This document shows, piece after piece, positions 49,881 to 60,156 of a DNA stretch of 64,000 nucleotides. This DNA comes from Phycisphaerae bacterium (lineage in GTDB: Bacteria > Planctomycetota > Phycisphaerae > UBA1845 > Fen-1342). The translations under genes and the position numbers were made by a program. How positions within the stretch are numbered: the first letter of the stretch is position 1; every line of letters starts with the position of its first letter. The stretch is from NCBI GenBank assembly GCA_050115495.1, contig JASFQK010000011.1, forward strand, positions 94,490 through 158,489, read 5' to 3'. The notes under the pieces were generated by a model. It had not been told where the DNA came from and ran no database searches. It saw nothing but the letters and a program-made list of their open reading frames with translations.

Positions 49881-52800
49881 GTGAAGCGCTATTTGACGGT
49901 CGTATTCCTGTGTGTGATTGCCGTGGCTGGGTGGATGTACGATCGGGACATTCGGCATGCGGACGCCAAACCGCCGATCGTCGAGGCTGGGCGTGATGAT
50001 TCGCGGACGGACTGTAACGGCAATGGCATTGAGGACGAGATCGAGTTGGGGCCGCTGCCGGGGCATGCGTTGGCGTTCGACGGGAACGGCGATTATGTGG
50101 ACCCGGGGACGTCGTCGGCGTTGGCTGATCTGACGCAGGGCGACTTCACGATCGAGGCGTGGATTCGTACGGACGATCCGGGGCACGCCATCCTTGTGGG
50201 CAATGCGGGCGGTGCGCAGCGGCTGTATAACTTCGTGATTCGCGGCGAAGATGAAGGCGGCGTGATTCGTCTGCGCATAGTGGACGGCGAAACCAGTCAC
50301 ACCTGCGACGGCAGCGCCTCCATCAACGACGGAAACTGGCACCATGTGGCGGCGGCGCGCTGGATCAACGGACCAGGGGGCATCCGCATCTATGTCGATG
50401 GTGAAGAGGTCGGGACGCTCTGGGGCAACTTTGATATGACGTCATTCACGGTCGACAAAGATACCCTCATTGGTCGGGACCAGCAGCCGTCCCCGCATTA
50501 CTTCAACGGCGCGATGGACGAGGTGCGGGTGTGGAACGTCGGTCGCTTCTGGAACGAAATCAGGGCCGACATGTATCGGGTTCTGGACGGCGACGAGGAG
50601 GGCCTGGTTGCGTATTGGCGCTTCGACGAAGGGGAGGGCTTGGTCGCTCATGACTCGGCGGGCGACAGCGACGGTGAGCTGGTCGGTTCGCCTGAGTGGC
50701 TGCTGGACGCCGACTGCAACGGCAACGATATCCTGGACGAGTGCGACATTTACGACGGGACGAGCCAGGACTGCAACGGAAACGGCAATCCGGATGAATG
50801 CGACATCGCCGACGGGACGAGCCAGGACTGCAACGAGAACGGAATCCCGGATGAGTGCGAAGTCGGGGGAACCGAAGACTGCAACACGAACGGCGTGCCC
50901 GATCTGTGCGACATCTTCAACGCAACGAGCGCCGATTGCAATGAAAACGCGATCCCTGACGAATGCGAAACTGGCGGCCAGGAAGACTGCAACGGCAACG
51001 GCACGCCTGATTTATGCGACATTGCCGACGGCGCGAGCCAGGACTGCAACGAGAACAGAATTCCCGATGAGTGCGAACCCTGGAGTACGGAAGACTGCAA
51101 CAGCAACGGCACGCCTGATCTTTGCGACATCATCGAAGGTACGAGCGGCGACTGCAATGGAAACGGCGTTCCAGACGAATGCGACGTGTCGGCGGGGACA
51201 AGTGAGGACTGCAACGGGAACGGCGTCCCGGACGAGTGCGACCTGTCGGGCGGCGCCGGGCAGGACTGCAACGGCAACGGCGTGCTGGATGAGTGCGAAA
51301 CGGTAGTCGTTGGCACGATTTTCGTCGACGACGACGCCACGAGCGGCCTGAACGACGGGTCGAGTTGGGTGGATGCGTTCGTGGATTTGGAGGACGCGCT
51401 GGCGTATTCCCAATGCAGCGGGCTTGTCTACGAGATCCGCGTGGCCGGCGGCACGTACAAGCCGGGGACGGACCAGGAGGATTCATTCCACCTGGTCAAC
51501 GGCGTCGAGCTGCGCGGCGGTTACCGCGGGCTGGCGGGCGGCGGCGATCCGGATGAGCGCGACATCGACGCTTTCGAGAGCGTTCTCAGCGGCGACATCG
51601 GGGTGATCGGCGAGTCGGGGGACAACTGCAGGCATGTCGTCGTGTGCGAGAATGCGGATGCAACCACTGTGATCGAGGGCTTCACGATTACCGAGGGACT
51701 TGCGTCCGGCGCGTCGGGCGGCGGCATGTTGATCATGCAGGAAGGCAGCCCGACGATTGTCCAGTGCAGGTTTGTCGCGAACGGCGCCTCGCAAGGCGGC
51801 GGTATACGCATCAGCCATTCTAACGCCGCCCCAACGATCCTGGACTGCACGTTCAGCGGCAACCGGGCCTCCAAAGGCGGCGGGCTGAGCAGCTCCTCCT
51901 TGACCGGCATGACGATCGCAGACTGTAAGTTCAGCAACAACTCGGCGGGTAATGGCGGCGGGATGTACATCGTGGCCGGCTCCCCAACGCTGTCGAACTG
52001 CACGTTCAGCAGCAATAACTCGGGCGATGGAGGCGGCGGGATGTACGCCGAGGATGGCTCCCCAACGCTGACGAACTGCACGTTCAGCGGCAACTTCGCC
52101 GAGGTTTATGGCGGCGGGATGTTGGCTGAGAATGCTTCCCCAACGTTGACCAACTGCGTGTTCAGCGGCAATTCGACCGACCTCTATGGCGGTGGGATGT
52201 ATCAGCATGATGGGCATACCACGGCGGTTAACTGTACGATCGTAGGCAACTCCGCCGGCATGTGGGCTGGAGGATGCTTCAACTGGTGGGAGACGGACGG
52301 CGTCACGACGTGTAAGAATTGCATCATATGGGGCAACACGGCCCCGGATAGTCCACAAGCCAGCTATTCGGACATTGACTCAAGCTGCGTCCAGGGCGGC
52401 CACCCTGGATCCGGCAATATCGACGCCGATCCGCTGTTCGTCGATGCGGACGGGCCGGACGGCATCTATGGAACCGCGGACGACGACGTGCATCTGCTGG
52501 AAGGATCGCCGTGCATCAACGCCGGCGACGACGAGGCGATTCCGGAAGGCGTGACGATCGACTTCGACGGCGAGCCGCGCGTTCAGCAGTGCCGAGTGGA
52601 CATGGGCGTGGACGAGACGCCGTACTTTGAAGACTGCAACAGCAACGGCGCGTCCGATGCGTGCGATATTTCATCCTGCGACGGGAGCGCCTGGTGCAGC
52701 GACTGCAATGAGAACGGCATCCCGGACGAATGTGATATTGCGTCAGGCGCGAGTACGGATTTGAACGGCAACGGCGTGCCGGATGAATGCGAACTGTTCG

Positions 52801-52982
52801 GCGATTGCGACTTCGACGGCGATGTAGACCTGGACGACTTGGAGGCCATGCTGGGCTGCTTGTTCGGGCCGGATGAGACGCCGAGCGAGGGTTGCGAATG
52901 CGGCGACGGTGACGCCGACCTTGACGTGGACCTGGCCGACTTCGCGCTGTTCCAGCAGCAGTTCACCGGCCCGCTGCCGTAG
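49881..52982 (+). CDS. Secreted LamG + DCNxNGxPDEC repeats + right-handed beta-helix + dockerin/EF-hand-like tail, copy 1
   Basis: GTG start after a GGAG SD; FTIEAWI/WHHVA/FNGAMDEVRVW LamG motifs; CTFSGN..GGG repeats; C-terminal DxDxDVDL..F..FQQQFTGPLP. Confidence 0.85.
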   Translation: MKRYLTVVFLCVIAVAGWMYDRDIRHADAKPPIVEAGRDDSRTDCNGNGIEDEIELGPLPGHALAFDGNGDYVDPGTSSALADLTQGDFTIEAWIRTDDPGHAILVGNAGGAQRLYNFVIRGEDEGGVIRLRIVDGETSHTCDGSASINDGNWHHVAAARWINGPGGIRIYVDGEEVGTLWGNFDMTSFTVDKDTLIGRDQQPSPHYFNGAMDEVRVWNVGRFWNEIRADMYRVLDGDEEGLVAYWRFDEGEGLVAHDSAGDSDGELVGSPEWLLDADCNGNDILDECDIYDGTSQDCNGNGNPDECDIADGTSQDCNENGIPDECEVGGTEDCNTNGVPDLCDIFNATSADCNENAIPDECETGGQEDCNGNGTPDLCDIADGASQDCNENRIPDECEPWSTEDCNSNGTPDLCDIIEGTSGDCNGNGVPDECDVSAGTSEDCNGNGVPDECDLSGGAGQDCNGNGVLDECETVVVGTIFVDDDATSGLNDGSSWVDAFVDLEDALAYSQCSGLVYEIRVAGGTYKPGTDQEDSFHLVNGVELRGGYRGLAGGGDPDERDIDAFESVLSGDIGVIGESGDNCRHVVVCENADATTVIEGFTITEGLASGASGGGMLIMQEGSPTIVQCRFVANGASQGGGIRISHSNAAPTILDCTFSGNRASKGGGLSSSSLTGMTIADCKFSNNSAGNGGGMYIVAGSPTLSNCTFSSNNSGDGGGGMYAEDGSPTLTNCTFSGNFAEVYGGGMLAENASPTLTNCVFSGNSTDLYGGGMYQHDGHTTAVNCTIVGNSAGMWAGGCFNWWETDGVTTCKNCIIWGNTAPDSPQASYSDIDSSCVQGGHPGSGNIDADPLFVDADGPDGIYGTADDDVHLLEGSPCINAGDDEAIPEGVTIDFDGEPRVQQCRVDMGVDETPYFEDCNSNGASDACDISSCDGSAWCSDCNENGIPDECDIASGASTDLNGNGVPDECELFGDCDFDGDVDLDDLEAMLGCLFGPDETPSEGCECGDGDADLDVDLADFALFQQQFTGPLP
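50712..51299 (+). repeat. 11 tandem DCNxNGxPDEC-type coding repeats (17-19 aa)
   Basis: Counted in the translation of copy 1. Confidence 0.85.
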
Positions 52983-53090
52983 TGCAACAACCTTGTTCCA
53001 GCGACGCAGAAGGAATGAAGCCGATCGAGCCGGGCCCGAGAGCCCCGCGCCCCATGGTAGTCAGATAAGTTGAAGTAGGAGTACGGAGTA
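52983..53090 (+). repeat. Conserved 108-bp intergenic spacer, copy 1
   Basis: Highly similar to 57367-57474 and 60049-60156. Confidence 0.9.
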
Positions 53091-56000
53091 ATGCGATCCA
53101 GTCTGTTTGCGTTTATGTGCGTCATCACCCTGATCATGGCCGCGGCCTCTCAGGCCACTCCGGGTGGCGACGATTACGCCGACGACGGCGGGCAACTGCG
53201 CCAGGGCCGGACCGACTGCAACGGCAACGGCGTCGCGGATGAGGACGAAATGCACCCGCTGCCGGGGCATGCGTTGGTGTTCGACGGTGACGGCGATTAT
53301 GTGAACCCGGGGGCGTCGACGGCGTTGGCTGAGCTGGGGCAGGGGGACTTCACGATCGAGGCGTGGATTCGTACGGATGATCCGGGGCACGCTATCCTGG
53401 TGGGCAACGCCGGCAGCGCGTCGCGGCTGTATAACTTCGTGATTCGCGGCCACGACGAAGGCGGCGTAATCCGCCTCCGTACAGCGGACGGAACGACCAG
53501 TCACATCTGCGACGGCGCCGTTGCCATCAACGACGGGGCCTGGCATCATGTGGCGGCGTCGCGCTGGATCAACGGGCCAGGGTGCATCCGTCTCTATGTC
53601 GACGGTGAAGAGACCGCGGTGTGCTGGGGCGACTTTGATATGACGCCGTTCACGGCCGACAACGCGACCCTTATTGGTCGCGATCAGCAGGCGTCGCCGC
53701 ATTACTTCAACGGCGCGATGGACGAGGTGCGGGTGTGGAACGTCGGGCGGTTCAGGGACGATATCCATGCCGACATGTATCGGGTTCTGGACGGCGACGA
53801 GCCGGGCCTGGTTGCGTATTGGCGTTTTCGAGGGCTTGGTCGCTCATGACTCGGCGGGCGACAACGACGGGACGTTGGTCAGTTCGCCGGCGTGGGCGCC
53901 GTTCGGCGGGGACTGCAACGGCAACGGCGTGCTGGACGAGTGCGAAACGATCGTCGACGGGGCGATCTACGTCGACGACGACGCCACGGGCGGCCTGAAC
54001 GATGGACTGAGCTGGGCGAATGCGTTCGTGGACTTGCAGGACGCGCTGGCGTGCGCCACGTGCGACAGCCGCGTAACCGAGATTCGCGTGGCCGAGGGCA
54101 CGTACAAGCCGGGGTGGGACGAGAGCCATTCATTCCACATGGTCAACGGCGTCGCGCTGCGCGGCGGTTACCGCGGGTTGGCGGGCGGCGGCGATCCGGA
54201 TGACCGCGACATCGACGCTTTCGAGAGCATTCTCAGCGGCGACGTCCGCGTGACCGGCGATCCGGACGATAATTGCAGGCATGTGGTCGTCTGCGAGACC
54301 GTGGATGAATCCACCGTGATCGAGGGCTTCACGATTACCGAGGGGAACGCATCCGGCCAGGGCGAGGGGGACGAGTACGGCGGCGGCATGTTCATCGCGG
54401 AGGACGCCGGCCCAACGATTGCTCGATGCAAGTTCGTTGCGAACAGGGCGGATTCCGGCGGCGGGATATACAACGACTTCGGCCGCCCGACGCTGACGGG
54501 ATGCACGTTCAGCGGCAACTCGGCTAACTGGGGCGGCGCGATGTACGGCGGCGGCTTGCTCGCGAACCCCGTAACGATCGCGAACTGCACGTTCAGCGGC
54601 AACTCGGCCGACGGAATGGGCGGCGGAGTATTCTTCGCGAGCGGCACAATAAAGCTGACCAACTGTACGTTCAGCGGCAACGCGGCCGGCACCCATGGCG
54701 GCGCGGCGGCCGTGGATCACCGTTCCTTGTCCATGACGTTCGCAAACTGCACGTTCAGCGGCAACTCGGCCGGCACGTTAGGCGGAGTACTATTCAGTAT
54801 TTTGAATAGCTACTCATCTATACATGCTGTGAACTGCGTCTTATGGGGCAACACGGCTCCCGTGAATCCACAATTGGATTCTGGTGCAGACGTTTCTTTC
54901 AGTTGTGTTCAGGGCAGCTACGCTGGGTCGGGCAATATCGACGCCGATCCGCTGTTCGTCGACGCGGACGGTCCGGACGGCATCTATGGAACCGCGGACG
55001 ACAACCTGCGTCTGCTGGAGGGGTCGCCCTGCATCAACACCGGCGACGACGAGTCGATTCCCGCGGGCGTGACGATCGACCTCGACGGGGAGCCGCGCGT
55101 TCAGCACTGCCACGTGGACATGGGCGCGTACGAGACGCCGTACTTCGACGAAGACTGCAACAGCAACGACGTGTCCGATGAGTGCGATATCGAGAATTGC
55201 GACGGCAGTCCCTGGTGCGGCGACTGCAATGAGAACGGCGTCCCGGACGAATGCGACATCGCCGACGGTACGGCGCAGGACTGCAATGAGAATGGTATTC
55301 CGGACGAGTGTGAGCCCGGCTGGCTCGAGGACTGCAACGAGAACGGCGTGCCGGATTTCTGCGATCTTTTCGGCGGCACGAGTCAGGATTGCAACGACAA
55401 CAGCGTGCCGGACGAATGTGACATCGCCAGCGGTACGTCGCAGGACTGCAACGAGAACGGAATTCCGGACGAGTGCGATATCGACAATTGCGACGGGAGT
55501 TCCTGGTGCGGGGACTGCAACGACAACGGCGTGCCGGACGGATGCGACGTCGCCATCGGTACGTCGCAGGACTGCAACGAGAACGGAATTCCGGACGAGT
55601 GCGATATCGAGAATTGCGACGGGAGTCCCTGGTGCGGGGACTGCAACAACAACAGCGTGCCGGACGAATGCGACATCGCCAGCGGTACGGCGCAGGACTG
55701 CAACGCGAACGGAATTCCGGACGAGTGCGAGCCCGGCGGTACGGAGGACTGCAATGCGAACGGCATTTCGGATCTGTGCGATCTCCATACCGGGACGAGT
55801 CCGGACTGTAACGGCAACGGCGTTCCGGACGAGTGCGAAACGTTGGTGAGCGGCGTGATCTACGTCGACGACGATGCGGCCGGCGGCCTGAACGACGGGT
55901 CGAGCTGGGCGGATGCGTTCGTTGACTTGCAGGAAGCGCTGGCCTACAGCAAGTGCAGCGGCCTGGTCAGCGAAATCCGCGTGGCCGGCGGCACCTACTT

Positions 56001-57366
56001 CCCGGGGACGTCGCCCCACAACTCAATCTACCTGCAAAACGGCGTGGCGCTGCGCGGCGGCTATCGCGGCCTGGCGAGCGGCGGCGATCCGGACGACCGC
56101 GACATCGGCGCTTTCGAGAGCATCCTCAGCGGCGACATCGGCGTCGTCGGCAATCCGGGCGATAACTCCCGTAGTGTGGTCGACGGCGGCGATACGGATG
56201 CCTCGGCCGTGCTCGAGGGCTTCACGATTACGGAGGGGCATGCCAACTTCTACGGCGGCGGTATGTACATTCCGAACGGCAGTCCCACAATCGTGCGCTG
56301 CACGATCAGCGCGAACAGCGCGGGCATGGCGGGCGGCGGCGTATGGCTCTCGTCCGGCAGTCCCACGATCCGTGACTGTACGATCAGCGCGAACAGCGCG
56401 GGCTACGGCGGCGCCGGGATGTACAGCGGAGGGAGCAGTCCAACGCTGACCAACTGTACGTTCAGCGGAAACTCGGCCGATTATGGCGGCGGGATGCTCA
56501 ACGAAGGCCTCTACAACCTCGCGCTGACGAACTGCACGTTCAGCGGAAACTCGGCCAGTCGTGGCGGCGGGCTGTTCAATGATTCGGGTAGCAGCGGCGT
56601 GACGGTGACGGGCTGCACGTTCAGCGGTAACTCGGCCAGTAACTACGGCGGCGGGATCGCCGACCTCAGTGACGATTCGGCGGTGGTGAACTGCGTCGTG
56701 TGGGGCAACACGTCCCCCCAGGATCCACAGATAAGAGGCTCAGACGGTCACCTGGTAGTCACCTACAGTTGCGTCCAGGGCGGCTGGGAAGGCGACGGTA
56801 ATATCGACGCCGACCCGCTATTCGTCGACGCGGACGGGCCCGACGACGTCTTCGGAACCGAGGACGACGACCTGCATCTGCTGGAAGGATCGCCCTGCAT
56901 CAACGCCGGCGACAACGCGGCGATTCCGAGCGGCGTGACGACCGACTTCGAAGGCGAGGACCGCGTTCAGCAGTGCCGCGTGGACATGGGCGCGGACGAG
57001 ACGCCGTACTTTGAAGACTGCAACAGCAACGACGTGGCGGATGCGTGTGATATCGCCGATTGCGACGGGAGCCCCTGGTGCGGGGATTGCAATGGCAACG
57101 GCGTCCCGGACGAGTGTGATATTGCGTCAGGCACGAGTGAGGATTTGAACGGCAACGGCGTGCCGGACGAATGCGAGATATTCGGCGATTGCGACCACGA
57201 CTTGGATGTGGATCTGGACGACTTGGAGGCCATGCTGGGCTGCTTGTTCGGGCCAGATGAGACGCCGAGCGAGGGTTGTGATTGCGCCGACATTAATGCC
57301 GACCTTGACGTGGACCTGGCCGACTTCGCGCTGTTCCAGCAGCAGTTCACCGGCCCACTGCCGTAG
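53091..57366 (+). pseudogene. Array paralogue copy 2 (two beta-helix domains), frameshifted at ~53828
   Basis: ORFs 53091-53849 and 53674-57366 join into one paralogue; 8 nt are missing relative to copy 1 at WRFDEGEG. Confidence 0.8.
55153..55839 (+). repeat. 12 tandem DCNxNxxPDEC-type coding repeats
   Basis: Counted in the translation of copy 2. Confidence 0.85.
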
Positions 57367-57474
57367 TGCAACAACCTTAATCCAGCGACGCAGAAGGAAT
57401 GAAGCCGATCGAGCCGGGCGCGAGAGCCCCGCGTCCCATGGCGGTCAGATAAGTTGAAGTAGGAGTGCGGAGTA
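57367..57474 (+). repeat. Conserved 108-bp intergenic spacer, copy 2
   Basis: Highly similar to 52983-53090. Confidence 0.9.
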
Positions 57475-60048
57475 ATGCGATCCAGTCTGTTTGCGTTTGT
57501 GTGCGTCATCGCCCTGATCATGGCCACGGCCTCGCAGGCCACTCCGGGTGGCGACGATTACGCCGACGATGGTGGGCAACTGCGCCAGGGCCGAACCGAC
57601 TGCAACAGCAATGGCATCGACGACGAGATCGAAATGAGTCCGTTGGGCGGTAACGTGCTGCTGTTCGACGGCGAAAACGATTACGTGGTTCCGGGAGAGT
57701 CATGGGCCCTGGACGGGTTGGGCCAGGAAGACTTCACCGTGGAGGCCTGGATCTGGACGGCGGACACGGGCCACAGCATTCTGGTCGGAAACGCGGGCAG
57801 CGAGCCCCAATTGTGGAACTTCGTGATTCGCGGCGAAGCTCAAGGCGGCGTGGTCCGCATCAGGTTTGAAAGCGGCGACGTGGAGGCTCTTTGCGACGGC
57901 GTCACGACCGTCACGGATAGTGCATGGCATCATGTGGCTGCCGTACGGCGCGTGGGGGCGAACGGCAGCCTGTCGGTCTATGTGGATGGCATCCTGGACG
58001 CGACGATTGAAGTAAACTCTCCTCCCTTCGTCGCCTACAACCAAACCTACATCGGCCGTGAAGCCTATGACTCCTATAAACGGTGGTTCAACGGCGCGAT
58101 GGATGAGGTACGGATCTGGTCCGTGGCTCGCAGCGGCGCCGAGATCGCCGGCAACATGTACCAAACGCTGAATGGAACCGAGCCGGGCTTGGTGGGTTAC
58201 TGGCGCTTCGACGAGAGTGAAGGGACAACGGCCGCGGATTCGACAGGTGGCCCGGACGCAGACTTGATCGGCCCCCCGGTGTGGGTACTGCAAGCGAACG
58301 ACTGCAACGGCAACGGCGTGCCGGACGAGTGCGAGACGATCGTCAACGGCGTGATCTACGTCGACGACGACGCCACGGGCGGCCTGAACGACGGATTGAG
58401 TTGGACCAATGCGTTCGAGGACTTGCAGGACGCGCTGGCATTTGCCGAGTGCGACAGCCGCATCACTGAGATTCGCGTGGCCGGCGGGACGTACAAGCCG
58501 GGGACGAACCGGGGCGACTCATTCCACTTGCTTAACGGCGTTGCGCTGCGCGGCGGCTATCGCGGCCTGGCGGGTGGCGGCGATCCGGACGACCGCGACA
58601 TCGACGCTTTCCCGAGCATCCTCAGCGGCGACATCGGCGTCAGCGGCGAGCCGGACGATAACTGCTACAACGTTGTCCTTGGAAGCTACACGGATGCGAC
58701 GGCCGAGATCGAGGGCTTCACGATCACAGGCGGGAGGGATGAGCGCGCGTATCCGGGGGGGCGGGGCGCCGGCGTATTCATTTTAAACGGCAGCCCCACG
58801 ATCGCTTACTGCACGATCAGCGGCAACAGCGTTAGCGGCAGCGGCGGCGGCGTATGCACTTGGGAAGGCAGCCCCACAATCGCTCACTGCACGATCCGCG
58901 ACAACACCGCGGACAGCGGAGGCGGGTTGTCCAGCTACGAAAGCAGCCCAACCGTGACGGGCTGCACGTTCAGCAACAACCAAGCTGGCATCGTCGGCGG
59001 CGGGATGTCCAACAGCCGCGGCAACCCGACCGTGACGCAATGCACGTTCAGCGGCAACGCGGCCGCGTTCTACGGCGGCGGGATGTTCAGCGATAACACC
59101 AGCAGCAACATGACGGTGGCGAGTTGCATGTTCAGCGGCAATTCGGCCAACTCCGGGGGCGGGCTGTACAACGAGGAGAGCCACTCTCTGACGCTGGTAA
59201 CCTGCACGTTCAGCGGCAACGCCGCCACTCAATCCGCTGGAGGAATCTACAACGGGGAGTACGGCTTCGATGCGCTGATCGTGAACTGCATCGTGTGGGG
59301 CAACACGGCCCGCTTTTCCCCACAAATCTACGACCAGGGGGGTTACCGCTTGACGGTCACGTACAGTTGCATCCAGGGCGGACATGAAGGCGATGGCAAC
59401 ATCGACGCCGATCCGCTGCTGGTCGACGCGGACGGCCCCGACGGGGTCTTTGGCACCCCGGACGACGACGTGCATCTCCAAGCGGGTTCGCCGTGCGTGA
59501 ATACCGGGGATGACGCCGCGATCCCGAGCGGCCTGACGACAGACTACGAAGGGGAGGACCGCATTCAGCAGTGCCAGGTGGACATGGGGGCGGACGAGTC
59601 GCCGCACTGGATCATCGACTGCAACGGCAACGGCGGCGATGATCCTTGTGATATCGAAGAAGGCACCAGTCCGGACTGCAATGAGAACGGCATTCCGGAT
59701 GAGTGCGATATCGCCGCTTGCGACGGGAGCCCCTGGTGCGGGGACTGCAACGGCAACGGCGTGCCGGATGCGTGCGATATCGAGAACGGGACCAGCCTGG
59801 ACGTGTGCCCCCTCGACGGCATTCCGGATGAGTGTCAGCCTGCCGGGGCCTGTTGTTTGCGCGGCGCTTGCATCGTCGCGCAGGAGGCGGCTTGTCTGGC
59901 GGCGGGCGGCGAGTATCATGGAGATGGCATGATGTGCAGCGGCGTCGAGTGTCCTGAGCCGCTGCTGGCCGACCTCGACGGCGACGGCGATGTGGATATG
60001 GACGACTTCGAGCTGTTCCAGCAGCAGTTCACCGGTCCACTGCCGTAG
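57475..60048 (+). CDS. Array paralogue copy 3 (LamG, beta-helix, Cys repeats, GACC motif, EF-hand-like tail)
   Basis: Same N-terminus MRSSLFAF...GRTDCN and same C-terminus FQQQFTGPLP. Confidence 0.88.
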   Translation: MRSSLFAFVCVIALIMATASQATPGGDDYADDGGQLRQGRTDCNSNGIDDEIEMSPLGGNVLLFDGENDYVVPGESWALDGLGQEDFTVEAWIWTADTGHSILVGNAGSEPQLWNFVIRGEAQGGVVRIRFESGDVEALCDGVTTVTDSAWHHVAAVRRVGANGSLSVYVDGILDATIEVNSPPFVAYNQTYIGREAYDSYKRWFNGAMDEVRIWSVARSGAEIAGNMYQTLNGTEPGLVGYWRFDESEGTTAADSTGGPDADLIGPPVWVLQANDCNGNGVPDECETIVNGVIYVDDDATGGLNDGLSWTNAFEDLQDALAFAECDSRITEIRVAGGTYKPGTNRGDSFHLLNGVALRGGYRGLAGGGDPDDRDIDAFPSILSGDIGVSGEPDDNCYNVVLGSYTDATAEIEGFTITGGRDERAYPGGRGAGVFILNGSPTIAYCTISGNSVSGSGGGVCTWEGSPTIAHCTIRDNTADSGGGLSSYESSPTVTGCTFSNNQAGIVGGGMSNSRGNPTVTQCTFSGNAAAFYGGGMFSDNTSSNMTVASCMFSGNSANSGGGLYNEESHSLTLVTCTFSGNAATQSAGGIYNGEYGFDALIVNCIVWGNTARFSPQIYDQGGYRLTVTYSCIQGGHEGDGNIDADPLLVDADGPDGVFGTPDDDVHLQAGSPCVNTGDDAAIPSGLTTDYEGEDRIQQCQVDMGADESPHWIIDCNGNGGDDPCDIEEGTSPDCNENGIPDECDIAACDGSPWCGDCNGNGVPDACDIENGTSLDVCPLDGIPDECQPAGACCLRGACIVAQEAACLAAGGEYHGDGMMCSGVECPEPLLADLDGDGDVDMDDFELFQQQFTGPLP

Positions 60049-60156
60049 TGTAGCAGTCTTATTCCAGCGACGCAGAAGGAATGAAGCCGACCAAGCCAGG
60101 CCCGAGAGCACCGCGTCCCGTGGGAGTCAGATGAGTTGAGGAAGGAGTGTGGAGTG
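60049..60156 (+). repeat. Conserved 108-bp intergenic spacer, copy 3 (more diverged)
   Basis: Shares ttccagcgacgcagaaggaatgaagccga and the overall length. Confidence 0.88.

Noticed and set aside
50712..55839. Repeat tracts as a CRISPR array
   Set aside because: They are in-frame degenerate coding repeats without unique spacers, and no cas genes are present.
52983..60156. 108-bp spacers as integron attC sites
   Set aside because: Copies 1 and 2 have a loose AAC...GTT resemblance, but arm complementarity is poor, copy 3 lacks the AAC, homology extends into coding regions and no integrase is present. IntegronFinder would settle it.
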